Origin: Scyliorhinus canicula
Lineage: Eukaryota
DNA length: 64,000 nt
Assembly (NCBI RefSeq): GCF_902713615.1
Contig: NC_052172.1
Location: 12,504,185 to 12,568,184 of the forward strand
Direction of reading: 5' to 3'
Shown: positions 46,934 through 59,300 of the stretch, in pieces
How positions within the stretch are numbered: position 1 is the first letter of the stretch
Layout of the letters: each line of letters begins with the position of its first letter
Notes under the pieces: model-generated
Database searches by the model: none
Told to the model about the DNA's origin: nothing
Seen by the model: the letters and a program-made list of their open reading frames with translations, nothing else
Translations under genes and position numbers: made by a program

Positions 46934-47885
46934 TGTTGCACGTTTTACTATGGGCGTAAAACGCGTTTATTGGAGTGTATTAACACGCCTCCGAGTTCGA
47001 CGTGTGCTTAACACTGCTAGGCTCTGTTCTATGTAATTATTTAAGCTCTGGAGTCGCCAGCTGCCGTATAGGCAACGTCACAAGTATTCCAAGGTCAAAT
47101 TCAAAGTAATAAAGACGATACACCGATTAGTCAAGTTCAAACGATCAATATTTATTATACAGTTAATAATAAATACTCATGCACACACACTAGGAGACTA
47201 AGCTACAACTAAACATAAGCAAACAGAATACTTATCTAACAGGAACAGGCAAGGTCAGAGAACGAGGCCTTCGTCCTGGTTTTGTCTGCAGCCTTCAGCA
47301 AGCGTTCTGGCACTTGGGAGTCTAGCGGGCTTGGATCGCGTAGCGAGCGTTGAACTTACGGTTTCGGCGGCTGGTGCTCAACGGCTGGAGTCAGGATACC
47401 AGGTGTCAGTCGGGGCCGGAGCACAGGTTTAACAGACCGGACAACACGAGGTCCCTATCTTTTATAGGGGTTCCGTTGTCCTTCCCTCTTCTCGGGCGGG
47501 CTCTACCTATTGGATCAATTTCTTATCGATACTGGATTAATTCCCCAATGCGAGGGGGTCTCCGTGATGGAGGGGGCGTTTCTTATGTCCTTTTGTTTGG
47601 AGGTTTCTGGTGCCTCGATGTCTGGGTCTTGATTGGAATGTGTCCATTCAGAACCAAATGTATCTATTGTGTGGGTGTTCAAGTCTGATGGCCTCATTAG
47701 CATGCAAAGCGTTTTGCCATTTGCACCTAGCTAAGGTCTCTTCACCTGAGCCCAAACTGGTTTCTGCTGCTGCAGAATGCAAACTGCTCTGTGCAGACTG
47801 CTGTTCTGGCTGAACTGTCTGTTTCTCAGCAGCCTTCCATTTTAGTTTGGCTCAGTGTCCATTTTGCGTGGCCAGCATGGCTACA
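46934..47885 (-). repeat. 5' LTR with promoter, splice donor and poly(A) signal
   Basis: Minus strand order: CCAAT (47513-47509), GC box (47494-47500), TATAAAA (47466-47460), donor ACC|GTAAGT (GT at 47359-47358), AATAAA (47156-47151). Confidence 0.95.
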
Positions 47886-47988
47886 CCCCTCACCAGCCAC
47901 AAACTCTTCACGGCTTTTTGCTCGCTGCATCAACGTGGGAGCAGCACCAACCTGGACAGTAGTTCAAAACATTAAGGAGTCTTACAAC

Positions 47989-48125
47989 ACCAGGTTAAAG
48001 TCCAACAGGTTTGTTTCAAACACTAGCTTTCGGAGCACAGCTCCTTCCTCAGGTGAATGAGGAGAAGAAGGAGCAGTGCTCCGAAAGCTAGTGTTTGAAA
48101 CAAACCTGTTGGACTTTAACCTGGT
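47989..48125. repeat. 59-bp near-perfect inverted repeat from Penelope-like pLTR fragments
   Basis: Arms 47989-48047 and 48067-48125, one mismatch. Confidence 0.85.
48021..48055 (-). ncRNA. Minimal type I hammerhead ribozyme motif
   Basis: CAC-CUGAGGA-A-GGAGC-UGU-GCUCC-GAA-AGCU-A-GUG. Confidence 0.55.
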
Positions 48126-49599
48126 AAGACTTCTTACTGTGCTCACCCCAGTCCAACGCCGGCATCTCCACATCATGGTTAAAAAACATGACGCCAATTT
48201 TGATGCAGGAATCATCTGGGACAGTATGACTCGTTCCCAAAGTGAGCAGTCAATTAGGGAGCTGATCAATAACTAATCAATAAATGGTCTCCATCTGTAT
48301 CAATCCTGCTTTTTTAAAAATAAATTTAAAGTACCCAATTATTTTTTTTTTCCAATTACGGGGCAATTTAGCGTGGCCAATCCACCTAACCTGCACATCT
48401 TTGGGTTGTGGGGGTGAGACCCACGCAGACACGGGGAGAATGTGCAAACTCCACACAGTCACCCAAGGCCGGAATCGAACCTAGGTCCCTGGTGCATTGG
48501 GTACTCTAAATTTATTTTTAAAAAGCAGGATTGGTGCAGATGGCGAATATTTATTGATTAGATATTGATCAGTGCAGGTTAGGTGGATTGACCGTGATAA
48601 ATTGCCCCCTCCAAAGATGTGTAGGTTAGGTGGGGTTACGGGGATAGTGTGGGAGAATGGGCCAAGTTTTATAGAATTTACAGTGTAGAAGGAGGCCATT
48701 TTTTTGCCCATCGAGTCCGCACCGGCTCTTGGAAAGGTTAACATCTCCACCCTATCCCCATAACCCAGTAACCCCACCCAACACTAAGGGCAATTCTGGA
48801 CACTAAGGGCAATTTATCATGTCCAATCCACCTAACCTGCACATCTTTGGACTGTGGGAGGAAACCGGAGCACCCGGAGGAAACCCACGCACACACGGGG
48901 AGGATGTGCAAACTCCGCACAGACAGTGACCCAGCCGGGAATCAAACCTGGGACCCTGGAGCTGTGAAGCGATTGTGCTAACCACATGCTACCGTGCTGC
49001 CCAGTTGTGGGTCTGGGTGCAGATTCGATTGGCTGAATGGCCTCCTTCTCCACTGTATGGATTCTAAGTGTTTAAGGGGAAGAAAGATAAACACATGAGG
49101 GAGAAGGGAATAGCAGTTCATGTTGATTAGGGTTTGATAAAGAGGAGCGGGAGAAGGCGCATGTCAAACATAAAGTGCTGGCACAGACAGGTAGGGCTGA
49201 ATGGCCAGTTTCTGTGCTGTACATTCCATGTAATTCATCTGTCACACTTCTAACCGTAGCAGCACGGGAGCACAGTGGTTAGCACAATTGCTTCACAGCT
49301 CCAGGGTCCCAAGTTCGATTCCCAGCTTGGCCATGCTAAATTGCCCTTAGTGTCCAAAAAGGTTAAGTGGGGTTACTGGGTTACGGGGATAGGGTGGAGG
49401 TGTGTGCTTAAGTAGGGTGCTCTTTCCAAGTGCCGGTGCAGACTCGATGGGCCGAATGGCCTTCTGTACTGTAAATTCTATGATTCTACCCCTCGCAAGC
49501 TAGGCCCATCTATTTACCTCACAGGTTTTGAATCCACAGAAGCCCTACAATAAGATGTTAACAAAAGGGAAATGATGAAATTGACTCCAAATATACTCA

Positions 49600-52270
49600 A
49601 GGCTGCTTTTTAAAATTGAGCATGATTCTGTTCAGCACTTGTTAATGCTCTCAAAGGAAAAGCTCTTTCATCGCCATGTGCCATTGTATAAAAGGCAACT
49701 GCACCTACCCCATAGGGTGGTAGGTCACATGTGAGTGGTATTTTCAACATACGGTCGAAATGAACAAAGATTCTGATTTCTTTAGCACATTTTTGACTTT
49801 TGTATGTGCCTCTTGACAGCCTTTTGTCCAATTCATTGTTGAATCGTATGTAAGAATATATGGAGTCCTCTTTTTAAAATAAATTTAGAGTATCCAATTT
49901 TCTTTTTCCCCAATTAAGGGCCAATTTAGCATGACCAATCCACCTACCCTGCACATCTTTTGGGTTGTGGGGGGTGATACCCACGCACACACGGGGAGAA
50001 TGTGCAAACCTATGCAAACTCCTCACGGACAGAGGCCCAGGGCCAGGAGTGCTTTTTTAAATAATAATCTTTATTGTAGGCTTATATTAACACTGCAATG
50101 AAGTTACTGTGAAAATCCCCTCGTCGCCACATTCCGGCGCCTGTTTGGGTACACTAAGGGAAAATTCAGAGTGTGCAATTCACCTAACAAGCAGATCTTT
50201 CGGGACCTGTGGGAGGAAACCAGTGCGCGTGGAGGAAACCCACGCAGACACGGGGAGAACGTGCAGACTCTGCACAGACAGTCACCCAAGCAGGAATCGA
50301 ACCTGGGACCTTGGAGCTGTGAAGCAACAGTGCTAACCACTGTGCCGCCCATAAGGTGACGAGATTTGGAATGAATTTTCCATAGTAATTGGTGAGTCCT
50401 AAAAGAGATCTCAGTGGTGATGTATTCTGCGATCTTGCAGCATCTAAAATCATTGTCATTTTCTTAGGTTCCTTGCGGAACCTGTCCTTATCAATTACAT
50501 GGACAAGATAGCTTATTGATGATTAGAAAAATTTGCATTTCACTCTTGACATGAAGATTGTGTCATTCGAGACACTCCATTGTGTCTTCTAAATTCATGA
50601 GGTTCTCCTGTTCAGTCCTGCCGGTAATGTCACCCAAATAACAATGAACACCGTTGAGGCCACTAAGGATTTGGTCCATGATCTTACTGTGTGGTTTAGT
50701 CCACCCGGAAATCCAGTAAATAGGTCCTTTATTAGGAATACTGGTCAGCACACAACACTGTGTTTATCGTCATTTTAAAGTTACCACGGATTCTTACTGA
50801 GCCATCTGGTTTGATAACTGGGACAGTTGTGGTCACCCAATTGCTCGATGTAACATTCTCCATCACGCCGTCTCTGATCAATTTGCCAAGTTCCACTTCA
50901 ACGTTTGGTTTGATAGCATATGGCAGTTCTTGCCGTTGAGAGTGCTATCTTGAGCCACCCCTCGACTCCAGTCATTTCCCCTAAAGTGTTTACAAATATT
51001 TTCTTGTACTTTTCTAAGAGTTTCTGTAATGTGTTCTTTCCATTAACCAATTGGGTCACAGCTTACCAAATATTTTGATCTTGTTCAACTGCAAAAAGTG
51101 CAGGAAAATTGCCTTTTACCACATGTAGTGACAATTTTTCAGATCGACCTTTCACTTCAACTTGCACCAAGATATAACCCTTCACTGGAACCACCTCTTC
51201 CGTGTAATTTTTCAAGATTATATCAGATGGCTTTAATAGTACATTCTTGATATAATTTTTTAGAGATAAGAGATTCAACAGCTCCCGTACCTACTTCCAA
51301 TTTAATTTTGTTTCCATTCAATTTTGGATAGATCCAAAATCTCTCTGCATTGCCTTGCATCGATAATTAGATTACCCAATTATTTTTTCCAATCAAGGGG
51401 CAATTTAGCATGGCCAATCCACCTACTCTGCACATTTTTTGGGTTGTGGGGGCGAAACCCACGCAGACACTTGCATCGATAATACACAAACTTTTAGTTC
51501 TTTGATCTCCGTGGACATTGTGTCTTCCTGGGAATTCTCATAATTGTCTTTGGACATTCAATGGACTCTTTTTGTGGTTTTGGGTGCGTTCTTCCGTTTA
51601 CCCATTTTCGAGGTTTGAGGATTGAGTCTGGCCCAGCACCCCTTTATTATGTGACCTTTCTTGTCACAAATACGACATTTATGTTCTCGACACCCCCTGG
51701 GCACACCTGTGGCATGCTTGCATGTTGAGTGATCTTCTTTTCATCAGTATGCACTGTGCTTATTTTGGTGGCAGCTCCAATTTGGGAAACTTCTTTTGCC
51801 GGTAATTCCATAGTCACGGCTATTTCAAACGTGTGAGTGTTAGAGAGCTTTCTGTTAGCAATCGTCTCTGCATTGTCTCAATTCTCAATCCGCATGCGAG
51901 TCTGTCTCACAGCGTGTCTTCAAGGGTCGATCCAAACTCACAATTCTTTGCCAGTTTCCAGAGTACTGCTACAAATTGTAGAATATTTTCACCCTCTTCT
52001 TGACTACACCAATGAAATCTGAATCTCTCTGCTGTAATTAATGGTTTGGGATATTCAAGGACATTCGTTAATTCCCTGTACATTATTATACCAGGAAGTA
52101 CAAAACTTTGTAAAAGGGTGAAGGTTTTCTACTACACTCAAGAAAGTTGATACCTTAATTTGATCCGGTATCCTGATCACAGCAAGGTATTATTGGAATC
52201 TCCCTTCATAGGAACTCAATTCTCATTCTCATCGAACGGTCCACAGCGTCACCTTTTCCCAGCCAATTAC
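49600..52270 (-). pseudogene. Decayed Ty3/Gypsy (Mag/K02A2.6-like) gag-pol remnant interrupted by SINEs
   Basis: CRICDKKGH knuckle, YTEEVVPVKG, IMDQILSGLNGVHCYLGDI, LRSLLGLTNYYGKFIPNL, LTCD..PYGVGAV; many stops and frameshifts. Confidence 0.8.
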
Positions 52271-53220
52271 CTGGTTTTAAGTTGAAGAACTTTCTTTAAC
52301 TTTTCCTCTCTTTTAATTTCTTTCTTTTCCAACTTAATTTGTATTATTTTGTTGTTTCTTTAAAAATTCTCTTTTTGTGGTTGGACTGTGGCTTTAAGGG
52401 AAAAAACTTTCTCTTTTCCAGATACTAATCTGTTTCTAAAAAGCAGATTTTAGCTTTAATCCAGCTTAATGTTGGTTACTGTCGGTGTATTTTTCATTTT
52501 GGGGCCGACTGTGCAGCCCGCCACTTGAGAAGGCGCACAAATGAAAAACTCCCCAGCTTGGTAAGTAACTCATAACTTTTTACAGATAATCCTCTTATTC
52601 CCTGGCTTTCTCTGCTCGTTTTCCAGAAGATTTATTTTCAACAGCCGACACTCTGGCTGAAAAAAAAGTCTCTCTCTTCCCGCCTGCAACTCCTGGGGTC
52701 GTGGTTGCTGAGAAAATCTTTCAGGAGCAGTCCTGAGTGTTTTCTATAACTTCCAAAATCACTATGCACTCCCAGCAAAGCCAGACCCACATTCCCGACG
52801 GCCAGTTTTACCGCACGTTTATAGATAGAACATAGAACAGTACAGCATAGAACAGGCCCTTCGGCCCTCGATGTTGTGCCGAGCCATGATCACCCTACTC
52901 AAACCCACGCATCCACCGTATACCCGTAACCCAACAACCCCCCCCCCCCCCCCAATCTTACATTTTTAGGACACTACGGGCAATTTAGCATGGCCAATCC
53001 ACCTAACCCGCACATCTTTGGACTGTGGGAGGAAACCGGAGCACCCGGAGGAAACCCACGCACACACAGGGAGGACGTGCAGACTCCACACAGACAGTGA
53101 CCCAGCCGGGAATCGAACCTGGGACCCTGGAGCTGTGAAGCATTTATGCTAACCACCATGCTACCGTGCTGCCCATGAGGGAGTGGTCTCCTGAAAATTG
53201 ATCTTCACCCCGAGAACCAG

Positions 53221-53566
53221 GGGCTGGATTCACCGTTTTGAAGGTTAAGTGCCGACGGCGGCCTGGGAACGATGGCGTTTTACGATGGCAAAATCGGCTC
53301 CGAACTCTCACCAATCCTGCGACTGGTGAGGGGCTAGCAGCTGCGCCGGGTGAAACTCCCGGCTCCCACGACATTAACGCCTGCGGTATGGCCAAGTCCT
53401 TGGCCGGACAGACGCACGGCCATGACCTGCAGCAGTCGCGCCATAAAACATGGCGCCGGCCGTGCATGGCGTCAAATCGGTGGCGCCCCCGATTTTGGCG
53501 TCAGGCAGGATTCTCCGCCCAGTCGCCGTTGACGATATCAGCGTCGGGGAACGGTGAATCCTGCCC
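53221..53566. mobile_element. MITE, related TIRs
   Basis: GGGCTGGATTCACCGTT / AACGGTGAATCCTGCCC; TSD CAG. Confidence 0.7.
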
Positions 53567-56089
53567 CAGGTCTTTTTATTTTACTATTTCACTGGGAAAA
53601 CATCCTCCTTGTTTTTGTTTTATACTGTTATGTTTTTGGGCATTTTATTTTAAGACAAAGGAGCAGAATTAGGCAACTCAGCCCATCGAGTCTGCTCCGT
53701 CATTTAATCATGGCTGATATTTATCTCATTCCCATTCTCCTGCCTTCTCCCCATAACCCCTGATCCCCTTTAACTCACAGTACTGTCAAAGGATAACCAG
53801 GTTGCCACATTGTAAGGTTACTTAACCAGTTGGCAAAGGTGTTACTTGCTCACAGCCTTAAGATGGAAATGAGGGAAAATTTCCAGAGTGCCTCTGATGA
53901 TGTCACCACGTAATCATGTGACATTCTATACTGACGGCATTGGCTACAGTACATAACGACCACAGGGGAGGCCCTGTGGGCCACCGGGTAGTGTCCCTGC
54001 ATCTGAACCAGAAGGGCCAGGTTCAAGCCCCATTCCAAGACTTGATGGGCGAGGACGATTTGTTCATGATGTGGCCAATCAGGACTATGCCCAACTCCTC
54101 ACTGAGCCAGGTTCCTTTGAACCTGGCCAACTTTGAAGAGACGGCATGGATCATTTTAGTTTGCCTTGCTCGGGGCAGTCCACCGGGTGAATTATTTGCG
54201 AACCAGCCAGCTGACAGAATTCATTATTTCTCAGCTGCTCAGCAAGTCATCAGAGCTACGAGCTGCGGTGGCCAGGAAGACAGTCAGTATTGAATCATCA
54301 TCCGTCATGCACACATAGTGAACATCATCTTTCATCAGCTTTGGCAAGCTGTTTCTCTTCCACCAACACCCCCCTCCAGCCCCTCCCCCTCACGTCATAC
54401 ACCTCAGGTGTCAAAGAGCAGAGGATGTTTTAGATTCTACTTAGGGTTGCCAACTGTGATTGAGTGCCTTGCTGGAGGTCCTCCCACGCTCCAGCCATTA
54501 GTCGGCCAACACATCCGTCCTTGTGACGTACGGCCTTCCTCCGCCAATCGTTAAGCAAAATGAGTCATTAGCCAATTGGATGATGCTCGACTGACAACCC
54601 AAACAGCCTTTTTTCACAGAATTGTAGAATCCCTACAGTGAAGAAGGAGGCCATTTGGCCCATCGAGTTTGCACCGACCCGCTGAAAGAGCCGCCCGCCT
54701 ACGCCCACTCCCCCGCCCTATCCCCGTAACCCCACCTAACCCGCACATCCCTGGACACTAAAGGCCAATCCACCTAATCTGCAGATGTTTGGACTGTGGG
54801 AGGAAACCGGAGCACCCAGAGGAAACCCACGCAGACACGGGGAGAACGTGCAGACTCCGCACAGACGGTCACCTGAGGTCAGAACCGAACCTGGCACCCT
54901 GGCGCTGTTAGGCAACAGTGTTAACCACTGTGCCGCTGTGCCACCACAGTGGAAATTTGTTTTTTATGAGGTGGATAGGACCCCGACTGCTGTCTTAGGT
55001 CAGCTCTGCTGAGAGGCTGTGGCAGCCAGGTAGGACATCTCACTATAAATACCAAACATGAAATAACATCTCGACAGAAATCTGTCAGCGAGAATGGCCT
55101 GGCACAGATTTGAGGCTGATTTAAAATGCCGTTACTGTGAATTAAAGCCCACCTTTTTTTAATTAACATGAGCTATTAGCTGTCAGGCAGCATGTTTGCA
55201 TTATTGATAAGAAGGCCATAAACTGCAAGTTGACATTTACAAAACACTTCATTATTTAATATATCCTGGTGCCTCTCAATAAACTTGACAAGACGTCACT
55301 GCGGACAACAGCTGCTGGTTGGCTATATCTACTGTCCCTCACCAGATCTGGCTGGACTACACTGAGATCTGTCAGGCCTTGGTGTCCTTTGACAGATCAA
55401 CCCACCCTCCTCACCACCTGAAAGGTGAAAACTATATTGTCCTCTTTTCCCTGTTCCCACCATCTCCTTAAATGCCTTTCGTCGCCGCCAGCGATAATGA
55501 GGAGCTCATGATTTCTTTGTTGCCTCACCTTTGTTGACCACACCTTCAGTGGCCTAAACTCCAAGCTCTGGGGTTAACTTTCCCAAACTGCCTCTGCCTC
55601 AGTTAACTGCCAAGATCAACCGGCAGTTAACTCCATTAATGCCTCTGCCAATCACTGTCCATTTGCCAACCAATCAGCGCTCTCTTCCCATGAAGTATAA
55701 ATTGTTCCCTTTACATTTGGTATTCTTGCGAATTGTCCTGATGAGTGCAAGATGAAATGCTTCAACAACATGTGTCTTTTTTCAACAATACACTTGGGGA
55801 GGTGGTGATGTGGCAGTATTGCCATTGCCCTAGTAACCAGGAACCCTGGGTAATGTTCTGGGGACCTGGCCTTGAATCTCACCATGGCATTGGTAAAATT
55901 TTAAACCAAATAAAATCTGGAATTAAAAGTCTAACAATGACCATGAATCAATTAATGGAAATCTGCCGTCCTTACCCGGTCTGGCCTACATGTGACTCCA
56001 GGCCTCCAGCAATGTAGCTGACTCTTAAATTGTCTCGCAAGCCATTCAGTTTAAGGGCATTTAGGGATGGGCAATAAGTGCTGACCCTG

Positions 56090-56378
56090 TGATGGAACCA
56101 TCAATTCACCAGACACGTGTTTCCGATATGAATATAGGCTTTAATCGACTTACTACAGAGCCAGCCTGTTACCCGTTGATGAACTCTCAGTGAACTGCAG
56201 GCTGACTCTGGACAAGGGTATTTATACAGCAGCACTAGGGGGAGGAGTCGTGGGCGGAGCCAAGGGTGGAGCCCTGTACAAGCTCCTGAGCATTCCCAGA
56301 GCTACTCCCCCTAGTGGTTGGATAACGCTACTGCGCTTACAAAGACATAGTGTGAATGATCATATTACATTCACCACA
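56090..56378 (-). mobile_element. Solo LTR (289 bp)
   Basis: TG…CA termini with 5-bp TSD CCCTG (56085-56089, 56379-56383). Confidence 0.85.
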
Positions 56379-59300
56379 CCCTGCCAGCGATGCACACATC
56401 TGATAAATGAATTTTTTAAAAATGTTGAATCGTACTTGAAGCATGCATGTTGTATTTTCATTTTGTTAGATGTTGGCATCAGCCCAGGCCCCACTCGACA
56501 GGAGAACGAAAGGCGACAGCTCACTCTACCACAGACAGGAGGACATTATTTATGACACAAAGCACAGTGGCTGCATGGAAAGTCTAAATATCTCCTTCAG
56601 GGGGAAATTGAAGTTCCTGGCAGAGGTCCCATTCTTTCGAATGCAGCGATGAGTGTGTGAGAGAGACACTGATTGTCTCCAATTGGGGTTACTTTACAGC
56701 GGTTGCCTCTCAAGTGCCAGTGAATCAAGCTGGAGCCCCATGGACTCTGAAGAACCGTGCTTTACAGAAAATTACGAACCGCAGTGGAACTCAAATTATC
56801 CCTGTGGGTGGGAGTGAAAAACATTTTGGATAATGGGCTCAGTAATTTAGCGGCCAGGGCGACATCAGAATCAAAATGCAGGCCGATTCAATCGGGAGAG
56901 TTAAGGCTATACAGGGATGTGCTTGGACCAGAACATGGTGACAGAAGGAGGCCATTCAGCCCCCTCAAGCCAGGTCTGCCATTCAACAAGATCATGGTTG
57001 TTTTGTACCTTAACTCCATCGAACCACCTTGGTTCAGTAACCCTTAAAACCCCAGTCTTTCAAAAAAAATTAATCAATCTCACTTTTGCCACTTCCGGCC
57101 TCCACAGATTTTTTGGTTTCCGTTACCCTTTGACTGAAGGGTAAGGGTGACACGGTGGCACAGTGGTTAGCACTGCTGCCTCACAGCGCCAGGGATCCAG
57201 GTTCAATTCCGGCCTCAGGTGACTGTCTGCGTGGAGTTTGCACATTCTCCCCGTGTCTGCGTGGGTTTCCTCCGGGTGCTCCGGTTTCCTCCCACAAGTC
57301 CAAAGATGTGCAGGTTAGGTGGAATAGTCATGCTAAATTGCCCCACGGTGTCCAAGGATGTGCAGGTTAGGTGGGGTTACGGGGAAATGGGAACCTGAGG
57401 AAATGGGTTCTCTTTACCTCCCTTACCTTTAATCACCTAAAACGCCCCAATTTGGTCTTTAATTTTCGATATTCAAGGAAAACGTGGCTGATCCGTGCAA
57501 CGGAAGCCTCGGGTCCTTTAGAGGCACTTTATAAATTCAAGTTGTTGTTGACGAGGTCAATTGTAAACAGCCGCTCTCTGGAGAGCCGTGACTGAAGCAT
57601 GTCACCAGAGAGTTAGAAGCCATGAAGGTTTTGTGTTAAACTGACATTGTGAAGCGAGTGTTCAGCTCTTTAGATTATAGGGAGGCTTGGCTGCGATTTG
57701 GGAATGACAGACAGGTTAATGTTCACGTATGAAAACAAACTACACTAATTACGGAGAGACCACTGTTGAGATTTAGTAATCATAAACTGAGGGAATGATC
57801 CTCAACCTGGGCTTTGTGCCACTTATCTCATTATAATGCAGTTCAGTGCTGTTAATTGCTCCCATTCTGATTCACACACATTATACCCTGCAGAACGCAG
57901 CTCGCACCACAACACATGTATGACTATAGGCAGATGCAGTGCAAACAGGGGTTCAGCAAAAAGGGAGGAACAGCAGAGGGGGAAAAGGAAATGGGAAGAA
58001 AAGGGAAGAGGAGAGGAATGAAGGATGGAGGGAGGGAGAAATAGAAATAAAAAATTGCTTCTTGTCACGAATAGGCTTCAAATTAAGTTACTGTGAAAAG
58101 CCCCTAGTTGTCACATTCCGGCGCCTGTCCGGGGAGGCTGGTACGGGAATCGAACCGTGCTGCTGGCCTGCTTGGTCTGTTTTAAACGCCAGCGATTTAG
58201 CCCAGTGAGCTAAACCAGCCCCTAGCTAAACCAGCCCCTGGTTGGAGTGAGGTGTGCACGCAGTCAGAGGCAGGACGGAGGGCAGGGATGGTGAGAGAAG
58301 GAAAATGAAGGGGTAAGGTAGAATAAAAAGAAGGCAGCAGGAAGTGACAGGGAGATAGAGAGAGGAAGGGAGACGAGAGGAATGGAAAGGGAAAGGAGGG
58401 AGGTGAGGAGCCAAGGGGAAGGAGGCAGGGAGAGTGAGAGAAGGATGGCATAAAAAATTCCCTCTCAGAGATAGCATCCCTGGAATTTGGATGGCCCCCC
58501 ATATCCAGAGGCAGGCGAAGCACATGTTTGTTTTCTGTAGCCTGTTTCCCCTGAAACAGGTCTTAAAGCAACTGCTTGAGGACAGCATTTAACACCAGGT
58601 GTTGATGACCAGATGTCTCACCTGATCTTGCCACCCAGTTGACCTGTTTGGCTGCATTATGGATGCACTTTCCTTGGCCATCAAGTGCTGGAGCGGGACT
58701 CTAACCCGGAGCTCTGAGCGCAGAAGCAGGGCCGAGTGGCCATCATGCCACAAGACCTTCCTTCGTCCTCGGAACTGCACCACCCCCTCCCCACACAGAC
58801 AGCCCCCCCCCCCCCCCCTCCCCACACAGACAGGCAGCACCTTCCAGGGTTGGGGGAAGGCAATTAAGCTCTGGTCCAATTGCAGATACGGTAGCACAGT
58901 GGTTAGCACTGTTGCTTCACAGCAAAAGGTCCCGGGTTCGATCTCCACTTGGGTCACTGTCTGTGCGGAGATCTCCCCGTGTCTGCGTGGGTTTCCTCCG
59001 GGTGCTCCGGCTTCCTCTCACAAGACCCGAAAGACGTGCTGTCAGCTGAATTGCACATTCTGAATTCTCCCTCTGTGTACCCGAACAGCGCTGGAATGTG
59101 GCGACGAGGAGATTTTCACAGTGACTTCATTGCAGTGTTGATGTCAGCCTACTTGTGACACTAATAAAGATTATTATTAGGTTAACCTACGGTTCGCCTC
59201 TGGATCGTCCTCAGGGGCAGGAAGCGAAGATGTCCAAGGACCATGTTCCAGCTTTTAACTACACCTAGCGCCCGCCCTGCGTTGAGCTGCTTGCTCAGCA

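Larger units (their letters stand above)
38035..47885 (-). mobile_element. Full-length env-less retrovirus-like LTR element (spuma/lokiretrovirus-like Pol), 9851 bp
   Basis: Two 952-bp LTRs, TG…CA, TSD CCCC (38031-38034, 47886-47889), PBS, PPT, gag, pro-RT-tether-RNaseH-IN and a small TM ORF. Confidence 0.97.
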
